A stretch of 64,000 nt of DNA, from assembly GCA_965221775.1 (NCBI GenBank), contig CBDCSU010000004.1, positions 768,001 to 832,000 of the forward strand, in the 5' to 3' direction. The position numbers and the translations under genes are program-made. Each line of letters opens with the position of its first letter. Position 1 is the stretch's first letter. This DNA is from Candidatus Latescibacterota bacterium (GTDB lineage: Bacteria > Latescibacterota > UBA2968 > UBA8231). Below, piece after piece: positions 18,180 to 27,393 of this stretch. The notes beneath the pieces are model-generated. The model did not search any database. It saw only the letters and a program-made list of their open reading frames with translations, and was not told the origin of the DNA.

Positions 18180-19151
18180 GTGAGAGGATTCCGCGACATC
18201 GCCGTGGCCGCCGCGGCGGCGACCTTCCTGCTGATTGCCGTGGGCGGCTTCGTGCGCGCCGCCGGCGCCGGCCTCGGGTGCCCCGACTGGCCCCGGTGCT
18301 TCGGCCGCTGGATCCCGCCCACCGACGCGAGCCAGCTGCCCCCGGAGATCGACCCCGAGAGGTTCGACTTCGCCCTCGCCTGGATCGAGTACGTCAACCG
18401 CCTCCTCGGGGTGGTCGTGGGCCTGCTGATCGTGGCCGTCCTGGTCGCCGCCTGGCGCGTGCACCGCCGCCGGCCGGACATCCTGGTCCCGGCGGCGGCC
18501 ACGGCCCTGCTCGTCGCCTTCCAGGGGTGGTTCGGCGGCCAGGTGGTGGCCCACGAGCTCGACCCGCGGCTGGTGACCGTCCACCTCTTCGTGGCCCTGG
18601 CCATCGCCGGCCTGCTCCTGCACCTGGTCGTGCAGGGCTTCGACGCCGCGGGCGGCCGCCTGCCGCGCCCCCCGGCCGGAGCCGCGCCGCTGTTCCCCAT
18701 CGCCGGCCTCGTCCTGGGGGCGGCGGTTGTGCAGCTCGTCCTCGGCGCCTTCCTGCGCGGCGGCCTGGAGGGGGTGGCCGCCGCCGACCCCGGCCTCGAC
18801 CGCTCCCTCCTCCTCGGCCGCGTCGGCCTGGCCGACGAGATCCACAAGACCGGCGCCCTCGTGGTCGCCCTGCTGTGCGCCTGGCTGCTGTGGGCGGCCC
18901 ACACCCGGCTGCCGGACAGCCCCGGCCTGCGGCGCCTGGCGCAGGCGCCGGCGTGGCTCACCCTGGCGCAGATCGCCGCCGGCCTGGGGCTGACCTCCTG
19001 GGCCCTGCCCCCCGTCCTGCAGCTGGTTCACCTGGTCCTGGGGAGCCTGCTCTTCGGGTGCCTGGTGCTCTCGGTGCTGCTGCTGGCCCCGGGCCGGCAG
19101 GCGCCGCCCGGAGGGACTCCGTCGCGTTCCGCGGCGGCGGGGACTCCGTGA
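18180..19151 (+). CDS. ctaA: Heme A synthase (COX15/CtaA)
   Basis: GGFVRAAGAGLGCPDWPRCFG, WIEYVNR, FQGWFGG, VHL, IHK, LVHL. Confidence 0.9.
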   Translation: MRGFRDIAVAAAAATFLLIAVGGFVRAAGAGLGCPDWPRCFGRWIPPTDASQLPPEIDPERFDFALAWIEYVNRLLGVVVGLLIVAVLVAAWRVHRRRPDILVPAAATALLVAFQGWFGGQVVAHELDPRLVTVHLFVALAIAGLLLHLVVQGFDAAGGRLPRPPAGAAPLFPIAGLVLGAAVVQLVLGAFLRGGLEGVAAADPGLDRSLLLGRVGLADEIHKTGALVVALLCAWLLWAAHTRLPDSPGLRRLAQAPAWLTLAQIAAGLGLTSWALPPVLQLVHLVLGSLLFGCLVLSVLLLAPGRQAPPGGTPSRSAAAGTP

Positions 19152-19272
19152 GGCCGCGAGCATCCTGCTGCCGCACGCGCCGTGCGGACCACCCTTCTCC
19201 AAGGGAGAGCCCATGCAGACCATCGATCATCATCGATGCCCCCCCGCGGGCGGGCCCTCAGGGGCAACTCTG

Positions 19273-19776
19273 GTGAAGTCCGTCCGCGGCATCCTGCCGG
19301 TGCTGCTGGTGTGGTGCGCCGGAGCCCAGGCGCAACCGGCCGCGCCCGACTCGGTCTGGAGCGACGAGGAGTGCTGGACCCTGGCCACCGTGGACGAGAC
19401 GGACGGGCAAGGAGCCCGGATCTGCCTGTGCTGGACCACCGTCGAGGAGGCCGACGCCTATCGGATCTGGCGGGAAATCATGGTGACCCAGGGCCTGGAC
19501 GAAGACGGCAACCTCGTGGAGCTCGACACGCCGAAACCAGCCTGGGTGGCGTGGGGAAGGGTGGATCGACCGGAGGACCAGGGGCCGATCCTGTGCGCCG
19601 TGATCGCCAGCCTCGATGGCGATGCCACCCGGTTGGGCGTATCCAGCGTTCAGGACGAGGAGAGTTCGGAGACGACGGCGGCAGGTGACGCGGCAACGGC
19701 CGTCCGGCGGACCGGTTGGGGCCGGGTCAAGGAGAGCCTCAGAGGCGCAGCCGCCCCGGATTGGCGTAGACGTTGA
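19273..19776 (+). CDS. Secreted hypothetical protein with C-terminal TAV..WG.VK motif
   Basis: Signal-peptide-like ILPVLLVWCAGAQA; acidic, Cys-containing body; TAVRRTGWGRVK. Start may be ATG 19213. Confidence 0.65.
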   Translation: MKSVRGILPVLLVWCAGAQAQPAAPDSVWSDEECWTLATVDETDGQGARICLCWTTVEEADAYRIWREIMVTQGLDEDGNLVELDTPKPAWVAWGRVDRPEDQGPILCAVIASLDGDATRLGVSSVQDEESSETTAAGDAATAVRRTGWGRVKESLRGAAAPDWRRR

Positions 19777-20569
19777 ACCCGCGGCCGCGGACGAAACCGG
19801 TGAGGGTGATGCCGGCCTCGAGGGCCAGGTCGACGGCCAGGCTCGAGGGCCCCGAGACCGAGGCGATGAAGCCGATCCCCGCGAGGCGCGCCTTCTGCAC
19901 GATCTCGAAGCTGGTGCGGCCGCTGACCATGAGGACCGAGGCGGAGGGCGGCCAGCGGCCGGCGGCGACGTGGTGGCCCACGAGCTTGTCCACGGCGTTG
20001 TGACGGCCCACGTCCTCGCGCAGGGCCAGCAGCCCGCCGGCGGGATCGAAGAGGCCGGCGGCGTGGAGCGAGCCGGTGCGCTCGAACTGGTCCTGGGCGG
20101 TGCGCAGCCGGTCGGGCAGCCCGTGCAGGGTGTCGCCGGCGACCTCGAAGTCGGCGAGCTCCCGGCGGGCCTTGAGCCGGACCTGGTCGATGCTCGCCTT
20201 GCCGCAGACCCCGCAGCTGGAGGTGGCGTAGAAGTTGCGCTTGATCCCGTCGCCGTCGAAGGGGACGCCGGCGGCGAGACGGACGTCGACGACGTTGCGC
20301 TCGTTCGGCGGCGAGGCGGAGGGACAGTAGGAGAGAGTGCCGAGGGCGGCCGGCTCGGGGAGGATGGCCTCGGTGAGGAGGAACCCGGCCACGAGATCGA
20401 AGTCGTCCCCGGGCGTGCGCATGACCACCGCCACCGGCTCGTCGTCGATGCGGATCTCCAGGGGCTCCTCCACGGTCACCGCGTCCGCCTCCGGATCGGC
20501 GGCGGCGCCGTCGCGCACGACCACGCGCCGGCGCTCGGCGAGCCCCGGGGCAGATGCGGCGGGCTTCAC
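19739..20569 (-). CDS. fdhD: Formate dehydrogenase accessory sulfurtransferase FdhD
   Basis: EEPLEI, MRTPG, SSCGVCGK, TGSLHAA, REDVGRHNAVDK, SGRTSFEIVQK. Confidence 0.95.
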   Translation of the reverse strand: MKPAASAPGLAERRRVVVRDGAAADPEADAVTVEEPLEIRIDDEPVAVVMRTPGDDFDLVAGFLLTEAILPEPAALGTLSYCPSASPPNERNVVDVRLAAGVPFDGDGIKRNFYATSSCGVCGKASIDQVRLKARRELADFEVAGDTLHGLPDRLRTAQDQFERTGSLHAAGLFDPAGGLLALREDVGRHNAVDKLVGHHVAAGRWPPSASVLMVSGRTSFEIVQKARLAGIGFIASVSGPSSLAVDLALEAGITLTGFVRGRGFNVYANPGRLRL

Positions 20570-20930
20570 GCGGAGTCCCTCCGGCCGGGCGTGGCCGCGG
20601 GCGCGGGCGTGTCGGTCACCGGCGCGAGCACCCTCCCCCGGCCTGGCCGCGCGCCCGCGAGCGCGTCCCGTCCCACCGGGCGGAAACCAGCCTCTCCGGA
20701 ACCGGGTCCGTCTGCTGGGAGGGCCTCGCCTCGACCGGGGAAGGGATGCATCTGTCTGCGCCGGGATCGATCTGGAAGGAAGGAATGGTGCGAATCTACC
20801 CTGGCCCGCGGCGAACGGCAATCCCGCCGGCGGCGGCGGCGCCCCCCCTCGCAGGGGGCCGTAAACGCCCGAGGACGCCTGAGCGGCGCGATCTCGACGG
20901 CGGGGCCCTCCACCCGCTGACAACTGCCGA

Positions 20931-22841
20931 ATGACACCCTTCCTCGAGGCCCTGCGCGAGGGGCCCCTGCTGGCCGACGGCGCCATGGGCTCCTACCTCT
21001 TCGAGCTGACCGGCCGCCTGTCGGAGGCGAACCACGTGTACGAGGCCTTCGGCGCCGAGCGGCCGGAGGTCCTGCGCCAGGTCGGCCTCGCCTACCTGCA
21101 GGCCGGCAGCCGCTGCCTCACCACCAACACCTTCGCCGGCAACCGCGCCTGCCTGGCCGCCGCCGGCCTCGGGCACCGCACCGCCGAGCTGAGCGCCGCC
21201 GCCGCCGCCGTCACCGGCGACGCCATCGACGAGTACTGCCGCGCCGCCGGCGAGGACCGCGGGCGCTTCTTCGTCCTCGGCTCGGTGGGCCCCACACCCT
21301 CCGGGGACGAGTCCGGCGACGCCCTGACGGAAGCCTACGGCGATCACCTCGCCGCCCTCGTCGCCGGCGGCGTCGACGCCCTGCTGCTGGAGACCTTCCG
21401 CTGCCTCGACCAGTTGCGCGGGGTCCTGGAACTCGTGGCGCGGACGGCCCCGGACCTGCCGGTGATCGCCCAGATGGCCCTGGAGCAGGACGGCGACGGC
21501 TGGTCCGTCGACCCCCTCCGGTTCGCCCGCACCGCTGCCGAGGGCGGCGCCTGCGCGGCCGGCATCAACTGCTGCACCCCCTGGGAGGCGGAGCGGTTCG
21601 TGGCGCAGGTGGCGGGCTCGGAGGAGGCGGCCGACAGCGGCCTGCTGGTCTCGGCCATGCCCAACGCCGGCGGCTTCCAGCACATCGGCAACCGCTACAT
21701 GACGCGGGTCAACCCGGAGTTCATGGGCCGCCTCGGGCGCACCTTGTGCGAGTCGGGGGCGCGGCTGGTGGGCGGCTGCTGCGAGATCCACCCGCCCCAC
21801 GTGGCGGAGATGGCCAACTACCTGCAGAGCCGCGCCGCCGGCGCCCGGTCCGTGGCCGTGGACTGGACCGGGGAGCGCGACCCTGCGGGCGTCGAGGCCA
21901 AGGCGGAGAACGGCGGCTTCTCGCGCAAGATCTTCAGCGGCGAGTTCGCCGTGAGCGTCGAGGTCCTGCCGCCGCGGGGCACGGCGCCGAAGCAGCTTCA
22001 GGCCAGCGTCGACTTCATCGGCCGCCTGGCCGAGTCCGGCCGGGCCGACGCCGTCGACATCACCGACGGCTCGCGGGGCATCCCGCTCATGCCGCCGGGA
22101 GACTTCGTCCACCTCCTGCGCCAGCGCCTCGGCTGGACCGCCGACGGCGGCGACGGCCTCGAGCTGATCCCCCACTTCACCTCGCGCGACCTGAACCTCA
22201 TGGGCGTGCAGGCGCGGCTGATCGGCTACTGGGCGAACCGCATCCACAACGTCCTCTTCATCACCGGCGACCCGCCCAAGATGGCGCCCACCTACCCCCG
22301 CTCCACCGCGGTCTTCGACGTCGACTCGGTGCAGATGATCCGCCTCACCCAGACGCGGCTGAACGCCGGCGTCGACTTCGGGGGCCAGCCCCTCGGCCGC
22401 CACCGGGACCCGCGCACGCGCTTCACCATCGGCACCGGCGTCGAGCCGGAGGCCCCCGCCCGCGAGCGCGAGCTGGACCGGCTGCGGCGCAAGATCGACG
22501 CCGGCGCCGACTACGTCATGACTCAGCCCGCCTTCCGGCCCGATGCGCTCGACGGCCTGGAGCCCTTCCGGGAGCGCGTGGCGGTCCTGGCGGGGGTGCT
22601 CGTCCTGCGGGGGCTGGAGCACGCCCTGCGCATGCGCGCCGTGCCGGGGATGGTCGTGCCCGACGAGGTGGTGGCGCGCCTGGGGTCCTGCCGCGAGGCG
22701 GCCGACCAGGCGCGGGCAGGGGCGGAGATCGCCGCCGGGCAGATCCGGCGGCTGCGGGAGGAGGGGTGGGCGGGGGTCTACCTCATGTCGCCCGCCGGGC
22801 ACGGTCCGGTCCTGGACGTGCTGGCCGAGGGGCTCGGCTAG
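20931..22841 (+). CDS. Bifunctional homocysteine S-methyltransferase / methylenetetrahydrofolate reductase (YitJ-like)
   Basis: LADGAMGS, TTNTF, GINC, PNAG, VGGCC; then VEVLPPRG, DITDG, SRDLNLMG, ITGDPP, GADYVMTQP. Confidence 0.93.
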   Translation: MTPFLEALREGPLLADGAMGSYLFELTGRLSEANHVYEAFGAERPEVLRQVGLAYLQAGSRCLTTNTFAGNRACLAAAGLGHRTAELSAAAAAVTGDAIDEYCRAAGEDRGRFFVLGSVGPTPSGDESGDALTEAYGDHLAALVAGGVDALLLETFRCLDQLRGVLELVARTAPDLPVIAQMALEQDGDGWSVDPLRFARTAAEGGACAAGINCCTPWEAERFVAQVAGSEEAADSGLLVSAMPNAGGFQHIGNRYMTRVNPEFMGRLGRTLCESGARLVGGCCEIHPPHVAEMANYLQSRAAGARSVAVDWTGERDPAGVEAKAENGGFSRKIFSGEFAVSVEVLPPRGTAPKQLQASVDFIGRLAESGRADAVDITDGSRGIPLMPPGDFVHLLRQRLGWTADGGDGLELIPHFTSRDLNLMGVQARLIGYWANRIHNVLFITGDPPKMAPTYPRSTAVFDVDSVQMIRLTQTRLNAGVDFGGQPLGRHRDPRTRFTIGTGVEPEAPARERELDRLRRKIDAGADYVMTQPAFRPDALDGLEPFRERVAVLAGVLVLRGLEHALRMRAVPGMVVPDEVVARLGSCREAADQARAGAEIAAGQIRRLREEGWAGVYLMSPAGHGPVLDVLAEGLG

Positions 22842-22869
22842 ACCCTGCGCGCAGTCTCGGGTGACGCGC

Positions 22870-22960
22870 TGCGCCGATGCACGGCTCGCGGCGTTGCGCT
22901 CTGTCGGTGAGTCCCCTACCGCTTCCGCCGCGCGCCTTGCGGGCCCGGCGCCGCGGCGCA
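22870..22960. repeat. REP-like imperfect palindrome between convergent genes
   Basis: TGCGCCG..GGCTCGCGGCGTTGCGC ... GCGCCTTGCGGGCC..CGGCGCA arms. Confidence 0.4.
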
Positions 22961-22992
22961 CTCCTCCGGGCGCGGGCCTGACGGACGCGGGC

Positions 22993-24348
22993 TCAGGCGC
23001 CCGCCGCCCAGCGGCGGCGCACCGCCTCCAGGGCCGAGTCGCGATCCGGCAGGCGGCCCTCCAGCTGCTCGTCCTCCACCCAGCGCAGGATCTCGCCGAA
23101 GGCCGGACCCGGCCGCAGCCCGAGGCTGACGAGGTCGCGGCCGCTGAGCAGCGGCGGCGGCCGCAGCGGGTCCCCCTCCTCGTCGCCGGCCGCCCGCAGC
23201 GCCTCCTGGCAGAACTCGTGGAGATCGAGCATCCCGTGGCTCGCCAGGCAGTCGATGCGGTGCAGCTCGAGGAGCTGGTCGAAGCCGTCCTGGCGCAGGA
23301 AGCGCTTGAGCTTGCCGGGGCGCATGTGCCGGGCGTTGGGGAAGCGCATGTGCTGGGCGGTGAGCATGCGCACGCGCTCGGCGTCGCGGTTGGAGAACCG
23401 CAGGCGGCGGGCGATCTCCTCCACCATCTCGGCGCCGAGCTGGTCGTGGCCGTGGAAGCGGATGCGGTCGGACTCGGTGAAGGTGGGCGGCTTGCCCACG
23501 TCGTGGAGCAGGACCCCCCAGGCCAGGGTCGGCGGCGGATCGGCGAGGCTGTCGACCTGCTCCAGCATGAGCAGCACGTGCCGCCAGACATCGCCCTCGG
23601 GGTGGTGCTCCGGAGGCTGCCGGACGCCTTCGAGGGCGGCCACCTCGGGCAGGACGCGCTCCAGGAGGGCCAGCTCCCGCAGCAGCCCGAAGCCGCGGGC
23701 GGCGGCGCCCTCGACGAGGATCCGCGTCAGCTCGTCGCGCACGCGCTCGGCGGAGAGGGCGTCGACCATGTGGGCGCACTCGCGGATCGCCAGCCGGGTG
23801 CCGGCCTCGATCTCGAAGCCGAGGCTCGCGGCGAGGCGCACGGCCCGCAGGGTGCGCAGCCCGTCCTCGGCGAAGCGCTCGGCGGGATCGCCGATGGCGC
23901 GGACGAGCCGGGCCTTCAGGTCCTCCACTCCGCCGACGAAATCGATCACCCCCTCGCCGCCGGGATCGTGGAACAGGCCGTTGATGGTGAAGTCGCGGCG
24001 GCGGGCGTCCTCCTCGGGGCCGGTGAACTCGACCCGCTCCGGGTGCCGGCCGTCGGCGTACGGCCCCTCGCGCCGGAAGCGGGCCACGTGGTACTCGCCC
24101 TCCTCCAGGCGCACGAGGACGATGCCGAACTGCGCCCCCACGGGGACGGCGCGCTCGAAGAGGTCCATCACCTGGCCGGGGTCGGCGTCGGTGGCCACGT
24201 CCCAGTCCTTCGGCCGGCGGCGCAGCAGCAGGTCGCGGACGCCGCCGCCGGCGAGGTAGGCCCTGTGGCCGGCGCCGCGGAGACGCTCGATCACCGCCGC
24301 CGCGCCGGGATCGACCTGCCCGGGATCGATGGGACCTACTTGCCCCAT
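22993..24348 (-). CDS. cca: CCA tRNA nucleotidyltransferase with HD domain
   Basis: AGGGVRD, KDWDVAT, RRDFTING, EDGLRTLRAVR, HHPEGDVWRH, LLHDVGK. Confidence 0.92.
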   Translation of the reverse strand: MGQVGPIDPGQVDPGAAAVIERLRGAGHRAYLAGGGVRDLLLRRRPKDWDVATDADPGQVMDLFERAVPVGAQFGIVLVRLEEGEYHVARFRREGPYADGRHPERVEFTGPEEDARRRDFTINGLFHDPGGEGVIDFVGGVEDLKARLVRAIGDPAERFAEDGLRTLRAVRLAASLGFEIEAGTRLAIRECAHMVDALSAERVRDELTRILVEGAAARGFGLLRELALLERVLPEVAALEGVRQPPEHHPEGDVWRHVLLMLEQVDSLADPPPTLAWGVLLHDVGKPPTFTESDRIRFHGHDQLGAEMVEEIARRLRFSNRDAERVRMLTAQHMRFPNARHMRPGKLKRFLRQDGFDQLLELHRIDCLASHGMLDLHEFCQEALRAAGDEEGDPLRPPPLLSGRDLVSLGLRPGPAFGEILRWVEDEQLEGRLPDRDSALEAVRRRWAAGA

Positions 24349-24413
24349 TCCGGGACCCCGGCTAGGCTCTGGGCTCGGCCCGCCGAGTGGGCGAGGGAGG
24401 AGACGGAGGAGAG

Positions 24414-25031
24414 ATGAGTGGGAACGACGTGAAGGCCGCCAGAGCGCTGCTGAGCACCTCGGACCGGTCGGGGCTGGCGGAGTTCGCCGCGGCCCTGGCC
24501 GAGCTGGGCATCGAGCTGGTGAGCACCGGCGGCACCGGGCGGGCCCTGCGCGAGGCGGGCCTGGAGGTGACCGAGGTCTCGGAGGTCACGGGGTTCCCGG
24601 AGATGATGGACGGACGAGTGAAGAGCCTGCACCCCAGGATCCACGGCGGCCTCCTCGGGCTGCGCGACAACGCCGAGCACATGGCCACCCTGGAGAGTCA
24701 CGGGATCGCGCCTTTCGAGCTGGTCTGCGTCAACCTCTACCCCTTCGAGCAGGCCATCTCCCGCCCCGGCTGCACCCTGGCCGAGGGGATCGAGAACATC
24801 GACATCGGCGGCCCCGCCATGCTGCGCTCGGCGGCCAAGAACCACGCCTCGATCTACGTGGTCAGCTCTCCCGGCCAGTACCCGGAGACGATCGCGCGGC
24901 TGCGCGCCGACGGCGGCCGCATCGACCCCGCGTACGGCATGCGCCTGGCGGTGGAGGCCTACCGCCTCACGGCGCGCTACGACACCGCCGTCAGCGGCTG
25001 GCTCGCCGCCCGCGCCGAGCCCTCCTCCTGA
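24414..25031 (+). CDS. purH: IMP cyclohydrolase (PurH N-terminal MGS-like domain only)
   Basis: ALLSTSDRSG, STGGT, TGFPEMMDGRVKSLHP, VNLYPF, IENIDIGGPAMLRSAAKN; stops at 205 aa with no transformylase domain. Confidence 0.85.
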   Translation: MSGNDVKAARALLSTSDRSGLAEFAAALAELGIELVSTGGTGRALREAGLEVTEVSEVTGFPEMMDGRVKSLHPRIHGGLLGLRDNAEHMATLESHGIAPFELVCVNLYPFEQAISRPGCTLAEGIENIDIGGPAMLRSAAKNHASIYVVSSPGQYPETIARLRADGGRIDPAYGMRLAVEAYRLTARYDTAVSGWLAARAEPSS

Positions 25032-25041
25032 GCCCCGCCGC

Positions 25042-26163
25042 TCACCGCCCCTCCCCCGTCAGCACCTGGCGCAGGCGCCGGGCCGCGACCTCCTCCTCCC
25101 CCTCTTCCATCATGTAGGGGTTGAACTCGACGGACCGCTCCCCGTGGAAGACCTCGATCCGGGGGTCGCCCGCGGACAGGGCCCGCGCCGCGCCGGCCCC
25201 GTCGAGGCCCACGGCCTCCGGGTCCCAGGTCACGTTCAGGCCGGGGGCGACGTTGGAGCGCCCCGTGTGCTCGTTGACCGCGGTCTCCACCGTATCCAGG
25301 TCCCGCACGGCGCCGCCGATCACCTCCAGGCGCCGCAGCCAGTCCCGCCACTCCGCCGCGTGGTCGCGCCGCACCCACATCTCCACCGCCGCCAGCAGCC
25401 CCATCACCTCTTCCTTGCCCGCCTTCATGGGCCGGCCCAGGGAGTGGTGGGGGGCGCCGTTGCGGAACGCCGCCTGGAGCAACTCCTTGTCGCCGAGGAT
25501 CAGGCCCGAGGCCTGGGGGCCGCGCAGGCACTTGCCGCCGCTGTAGGCGACGGCGCTGGCGCCCTCGGCGAGGTAGCGGTTGGGCACGTCCGGGCGCTCG
25601 GCGGCGGCGTCGACGAGACTGGGGATGCCGTGGCGGCGGCCGACGGCGGTCATCTCCGGGATCGGGATCGTCCCGCGGTCGCCGGCGTCGCCGAAGATCA
25701 GCAGCATCGCCGTTCGCTCGCTCACCGCCGCCTCCAGCTCCTCCAAGGTCTCGACCTCGATCAGGCGCGCGCCGGTCATGCGCACGGCGCGGTCGTACCC
25801 GTGGCGGTGGCTCTTCTGCACGATCACCTCGTCCTTCATGCCCGTCGCGTCGGGCAGGCGCTCCATCTTCTCGCCGTCGGTGCCGGCCACGCAGGCGGCG
25901 GTCACCTGGCAGAGGGCGGCGGCGCAGCCGTTGACGATGAGACCCCACTCGCACTCCATCAGCTCGGCGATGCGCGCGCCCACGGCCTCGGCCAGCTCGT
26001 CGAGGTGGACGTAGCGCCTGGAGGCCTCCTCCATGGCCGCCCTCGCCTCGGGCAGCAGCAGGGAGCCGCTGATGATGGTGTAGGTGCCGCGGCAGTTGAT
26101 CAGCGGCCGCACGCCGATGGTGTCGTACGTCGGGAACCGCAGGCCGGGGGCCTCTCCACTCAC
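25042..26163 (-). CDS. SelA-like PLP-dependent enzyme (DgaE-like)
   Basis: GVRPLINCRGTYT, LVDAAAE, YSGGKCLRGPQASG, GRPMKAGKEE. Confidence 0.85.
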   Translation of the reverse strand: MSGEAPGLRFPTYDTIGVRPLINCRGTYTIISGSLLLPEARAAMEEASRRYVHLDELAEAVGARIAELMECEWGLIVNGCAAALCQVTAACVAGTDGEKMERLPDATGMKDEVIVQKSHRHGYDRAVRMTGARLIEVETLEELEAAVSERTAMLLIFGDAGDRGTIPIPEMTAVGRRHGIPSLVDAAAERPDVPNRYLAEGASAVAYSGGKCLRGPQASGLILGDKELLQAAFRNGAPHHSLGRPMKAGKEEVMGLLAAVEMWVRRDHAAEWRDWLRRLEVIGGAVRDLDTVETAVNEHTGRSNVAPGLNVTWDPEAVGLDGAGAARALSAGDPRIEVFHGERSVEFNPYMMEEGEEEVAARRLRQVLTGEGR

Positions 26164-27380
26164 AGCACGTCCTCCGCGTGTTCGGCCAGGTGGGCCTCCA
26201 TGGAGGCCATCCCGGCGCTGGGGTCGAGGTGGACGCCCTGGCGCGCAAAGGCGACACCGAGGGCGTGCAGGGTACGGAACAGGTTCGGCGCCCGGCACTG
26301 CTCCCCCATCTGGCCGATACGCACGGCCGGGATGCCGAAGGAGTCGGCGATGAGCACCTTGAAGCGGTCGGTCATGTACTTGCGGGCGACGCCGTCGTCG
26401 ACGCCGTGGGGGACGCGGATCGCCAGGACCGAGTTCAGGCGGTACTCGGCGGGGGCGTAGAGCTCCAGGCCCATCGCCTCGACGCCGGCCTGCAGGGCCA
26501 GGGAGCTGTGCAGGTGGCGCTTGAAGCGCCGCTCCAGGGTCTCCTCGATGATCAGGCGCAGGGCCTCGTGGAGGGCCAGCAGCGCGGGCACCGGCGCCGT
26601 GTAGTGGTAGGCGTGCTCGCCCCAGAACCGCTCCGCCCGGGCCGCGTCGAGGCACCAGTGGGGCCTGGGGCCTTCGCGGCCCTGGATCACCTCCCAGGCC
26701 CGGGGGGAGAAGGAGATGAGGGAGACGCCGGGCAGCGACGACAGCCCCTTCTGGCTGCCGGTGACGACCACGTCGATGCCCCAGTCGTCCTTCTTCAGCG
26801 GCATCGTGCTCAGGGTGCAGACGGCGTCGACGATGGTCAGGGCGCCGTGGTCGCGGGCCAGGGCCACGATCTGCTGCAGGTCGCCGGTGAGGACGCCGGA
26901 GGAGGTCTCCCCCTGCACCAGGGTCACGGCGTCGAAGCGCCCCTTGCCCAGGGCCGCCTCGACCATGCCGGCGCAGACGGGCCGGCCCTCGGGCCCCTCC
27001 AGGACCGTCACCTCGGCGCCGACGCCGGCGGCCATCTCGGCGAAGCGGCTGCTGAACAGCCCGTTCTGGCAGACCAGCACCCGGCGCCCGGGCCACAGCA
27101 GGTTGCCCACGGCCATCTCCATCGCCGCCGAGGCCGGTCCGGAGACGCCGTAGATGCGCTCGTCGCGGGTCTGGAAGACGTAGCGCGACATCTCGCGGAT
27201 GTGGCGCACCACCATGGCCATGGTGTCGCCCACGTGGTTGATGACCATGCCGCCGGCGCGCGCCACCTCCGCCGGCACCGGCACCGGGCCGGCCGTCATC
27301 AGCAGCAGCGGCTCGGCGGGCAGGACCTGGGTCAGGGGGGGCGGCTGCGGCCGCCGGATGTCCTTGTCCACGGGGGTCAC
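26160..27380 (-). CDS. Alanine-glyoxylate / serine-pyruvate aminotransferase (class V PLP)
   Basis: LMTAGPVP, QGETSSG, IVDAVCT, TGSQKGL, YHYTAP, RIGQMG. Confidence 0.9.
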   Translation of the reverse strand: MTPVDKDIRRPQPPPLTQVLPAEPLLLMTAGPVPVPAEVARAGGMVINHVGDTMAMVVRHIREMSRYVFQTRDERIYGVSGPASAAMEMAVGNLLWPGRRVLVCQNGLFSSRFAEMAAGVGAEVTVLEGPEGRPVCAGMVEAALGKGRFDAVTLVQGETSSGVLTGDLQQIVALARDHGALTIVDAVCTLSTMPLKKDDWGIDVVVTGSQKGLSSLPGVSLISFSPRAWEVIQGREGPRPHWCLDAARAERFWGEHAYHYTAPVPALLALHEALRLIIEETLERRFKRHLHSSLALQAGVEAMGLELYAPAEYRLNSVLAIRVPHGVDDGVARKYMTDRFKVLIADSFGIPAVRIGQMGEQCRAPNLFRTLHALGVAFARQGVHLDPSAGMASMEAHLAEHAEDVL

Positions 27381-27393
27381 GGGGGGGCCTCGT

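Noticed and set aside
20770-20890. Cobalamin/SAM riboswitch before the Hcy methyltransferase (AAGGAATGGTGCGAATC...GCCCG)
   Set aside because: Only partial resemblance; no convincing GGGAA, GCnACTG or B12 box and no SAM-I core. An Rfam scan would settle it.
24349-24413. ZMP/ZTP riboswitch upstream of purH domain
   Set aside because: Region too short and lacks the GACTGGCG and CGCCTGGGC elements.
25042-26163. Selenocysteine synthase selA
   Set aside because: Too short, lacks the SelA N-terminal domain, no selB/selC nearby; treated as SelA-like.
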